A stretch of DNA of 64,000 nucleotides, taken from positions 76,694,001-76,758,000 of the forward strand of contig NC_082717.1 in the NCBI RefSeq assembly GCF_030144855.1, in the 5' to 3' direction. Position 1 is the first letter of the stretch, and every line of letters starts with the position of its first letter. This DNA comes from Hypanus sabinus (Eukaryota). The position numbers and the translations under genes were made by a program. Below are positions 61,140-64,000 of the stretch, piece after piece. The notes under the pieces are model-generated. The model saw only the letters and a program-made list of their open reading frames with translations. It ran no database searches and was not told the DNA's origin.

Positions 61140-61960
61140 TTAAATTTAAATTTAAATTGTTTAAATTTAAGAGACCAGTGGAAGAATACCTGAGAGTTTG
61201 AGCAGGATTATAAAACAGAAGTGATTCTGTGATGTATTTCAGTCCCAGACCAAAGAGATCTTCAAAAACAAGTAAAAGAATTTAACAGACATTAAATTCT
61301 ACACAACAGTTAAATAAAACTTTTAAGCATATATATTCATCAATGGAAATAGGATTCAGCATTCCATGCGGGCACATGCAATTATGATAAGAAGTGTACA
61401 CTAAACTTAAATGAGAGCACAACCCAGAAAATGGAAGAAGTTATCACCATTGAAGAAAAAGTTAACCAATGGAAGCGCATGGCCTGCACCCCACCCCCAT
61501 GGAAGACAATGGGATAAAAAGAAAAAATTACATTAATTAAAACCAAGGTTAAATAAATAAGTTTTGAGCTGGTGTTTAAAACTGTCAAATGAGTCCCCTA
61601 TAGTTTCTGTCATGAGTTCCACAGTTTAGGAACATAGTTAAAAAAAAGCTGACCTGCCAGTTTGATTTTGAAGGAAATTGTTTAAATTTAAGTGACCGGT
61701 GGAAGAATACCTGAGAGTTTGAGTAGGATTATAAAACAAAATGTGATGTATTTCGGTCACAGACCAAAGAGATCTTCAAAAACAAGTAAGAGAATTTTAA
61801 AATCTATCCTAAAAGATACAGGAAGCCAATAGAAAATAGTTAAGATGGGAGTGATGTGCTCCCGCATCCTGGTTTTTGTTATGTCTAGAAGCGGCATTCT
61901 GAATGAGTTGAAGTTTATCAATAGATTGCTTTGGAAGGCCAGTAAAAAAGTGTGTTGCTG
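61140..61960 (-). mobile_element. L2-type LINE 3' portion with internal duplication
   Basis: FTGLPKQSIDKLQLIQNAASR motif; 61155-61285 duplicates 61676-61800. Confidence 0.7.
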
Positions 61961-62079
61961 GGAGCGGCAGCCATGGCACCCTGCACACCACTTGGCTTTA
62001 TTTATAATTATCCTTTTGTAAACTTTTAAACTAAATTATCTCAGCATTATTAAAACCCTGTATCAACAAACTCACTGAG

Positions 62080-62500
62080 GTGTGGAGGAGGGAACAGAAG
62101 GCTTGCCAGGCGGGAGATGATTTTTTGACACAATGTCCTATGGGAAGGCGTGGAGTTGAATGACATGCTGGAGAACCAGACTCAATAACTGACTGAAGTT
62201 TAGGGAGAGCAATGAAGTGGGCCAACTTGGAGATCTGGTCTACCACTGTCCTGATCACTGTGGCCTCATCAGAAGGTGGAAAACCCAAGACAAAGGCCAT
62301 GGTGATGTGGGACCACTGCCATCGACAGACCAGCAGAGATCACAGAAGCCAGGGGGCCACGGGGTGGAAAAAATGAACTGGGCACATTGAGGGTAGGCAG
62401 CAATAAACTGATTTATGTACGTCTGTGACCGAGGTGGGCCACCAGAACTGACATATCAGAAAATCCAGTGTCTTTTATGCACTGGATGGCTGGAGAGAGG
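62080..62500 (-). mobile_element. Gypsy integrase core fragment
   Basis: WSHITMAFVLGFPPS....IRTVVDQISKLAHFIALPKL is a decayed MDFVTGLP...VVDRFSK.AHF motif. Confidence 0.8.
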
Positions 62501-63137
62501 TCAACAACATATCCTGACTCTCATTAGTCTATTCTGCCTGCTATTTCCTCAAATAATTCCAACAACTTTGTAAGGCAAATTTCCCCTCAAGGAAGTCATA
62601 CTGACATCAGTCTCCCCAACCCAATTTCTCAACCTCCTGTTCTAGCACATCTTACACATTGACCCCCAGGCACCTCTGTATGTTACAGACTGAGCCAAAT
62701 TTGCTTTAGTCAATCCTCTCTTGACTAAGCGAGCTCAAAATCTGGGCCATCACTAACTGCAAAAACGAAACCTCCATTTGCAATAAATATGATGATTTTA
62801 CAGTTGAGTTGTGAAGTGGAAGGAAGGCAGCAGATTGGATTCTTTGCCTGCGTCAAGGCTCACAGTCAGTGCTGGATTACATTGTGGAATTCAGGACCCT
62901 TGCTGTGGATTGAGGCTGGAATGCAGAAGCACTGTTGGTCCATTATTATCACAGTTGTCTACCCAGGAGGTGCCCATCGACCTCAAAAGCCACATCACTC
63001 TGGCTCTTTGAGTTGACAAGCATCTTATGGAATGACTCTCTATGTTCTCAGCAGGAACCCCAGTTCCATTCCCAAAACCTTTTCAGACTGCAGGACTCTC
63101 AGTGCCAATGCCTCAGGAGCCAAGCAGTTAGGCTGTT

Positions 63138-63702
63138 AAACTTGGATTTTCAGAAGGCCTTTAACAAGGTGCCACACATGAGGTTGCTAAACAAGATATG
63201 CACCGATGATATTACAGGTGGGAATGGAAATGAATGAGAGTGGGAATGAAAAAGGCCTTTTCTCATTGGTGGCTAGTAACTATTGGTTTTCTGTAGGATT
63301 TGGTGTTGGGTCCACTACTTTGCATGTTATATGTTAATGATCTGGATGACAGAATTGATGTATTTGTGGATGATGCAATGATATGTTGAGGAAGCAGGAT
63401 GTCTGCAGAAGAACTTTGACAGATTTGGAGAATTGGCAAAGAAATGGCAGATGGAATCCAAAGCGGGGAATTGTGTCGCCATGCACTTTGGTAGAAGGAA
63501 TGAAGGCATAGACTATTTTCTGAGCGGGAATGATGGAGAATCAAAGGTGTAAAGGTCAATAGTTCTTGGTTAGGGCTGTCAAAGGTTATGGGGAGAAGGC
63601 AGGTGAATCTGGTTGAGAGGGATAGTAATTCAGCCATGAGTAAATGGTAGAACAGACTCAATGAGCCAAATGCCCTCATTCTGCTTCTTTGATTTATGAT
63701 CT
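63138..63702 (+). mobile_element. Decayed CR1 RT fragments and 3' end
   Basis: LDFQKAFNKVPHMRLLNK; 3'UTR like 54540-54640. Confidence 0.75.
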
Positions 63703-63769
63703 ACTATTCTTGAGAAATACATAATTAGACACATATCTTTGCAGGCCTTCTCCATTCTACTGAAAACAA

Positions 63770-63950
63770 AAGACCAAAAATGCTTGAACCTGAAATAAAA
63801 GCAGAAAAAAAGCTGGAAATACTAAGCAGATCAGGAAATGTCAACAGGGACAGAAACAGAGTTAATGCTTAGCTCAGTGATCTTTCAATAGAACTGGGAG
63901 ATAGAGGAAAAAATGCATGCTTCAAGTTGTAGAGAGGCAGAGAGCTAACA
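63770..63950 (-). mobile_element. Older Penelope-tail-like repeat (also near 17345-17420+19745, 47120-47240, 48855-48930)
   Basis: Reverse-strand similarity to the ctgcctgacctgctgag...ttccagcattttctg tail; hammerhead core no longer intact. Confidence 0.45.
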
Positions 63951-64000
63951 ATTACAAAGGGAATCATTGTGACAAAATGGGAATGAAACTTATCCGAGTA

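Overview
Repeat-rich vertebrate genomic DNA (intron or intergenic). The repeat mix (CR1, Rex1/Babar, L2, Neptune-type Penelope, Deu-/V-SINE-like relics, Tc1/pogo) suggests a cartilaginous fish, probably a ray or shark; this is inference. No host protein-coding gene can be named. Nearly all meaningful ORFs belong to transposons. Elements delimited by ends or target-site duplications (TSDs): a near-full-length L1 (4127-9845, minus, 15-bp TSD, TTTTT/AA target) with a solo LTR inside ORF2; a pogo derivative with a nested solo LTR; a second solo LTR of the same family; an RT-less Gypsy element with both LTRs and a tRNA-Leu PBS; a Tc1 element and two MITE-like elements; nested CR1/Rex1 copies; a 30-bp hairpin minisatellite. 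The most interesting signal is invisible in the ORF track. Six plus-strand Penelope-derived insertions (five with 9-14 bp TSDs) each carry a minimal type I hammerhead ribozyme motif (CTGANGA...GAAAC-GTH) followed by a conserved foldable tail. One copy (39820-39857) has an intact core. One is a 213-bp foldback insertion whose inversion point lies inside the ribozyme core. Two are ~130-140 bp ribozyme-plus-tail mini-elements. Hammerheads in Penelope elements are a known phenomenon; the mini and foldback forms here are what merit follow-up. All alignments and family calls were made by eye.
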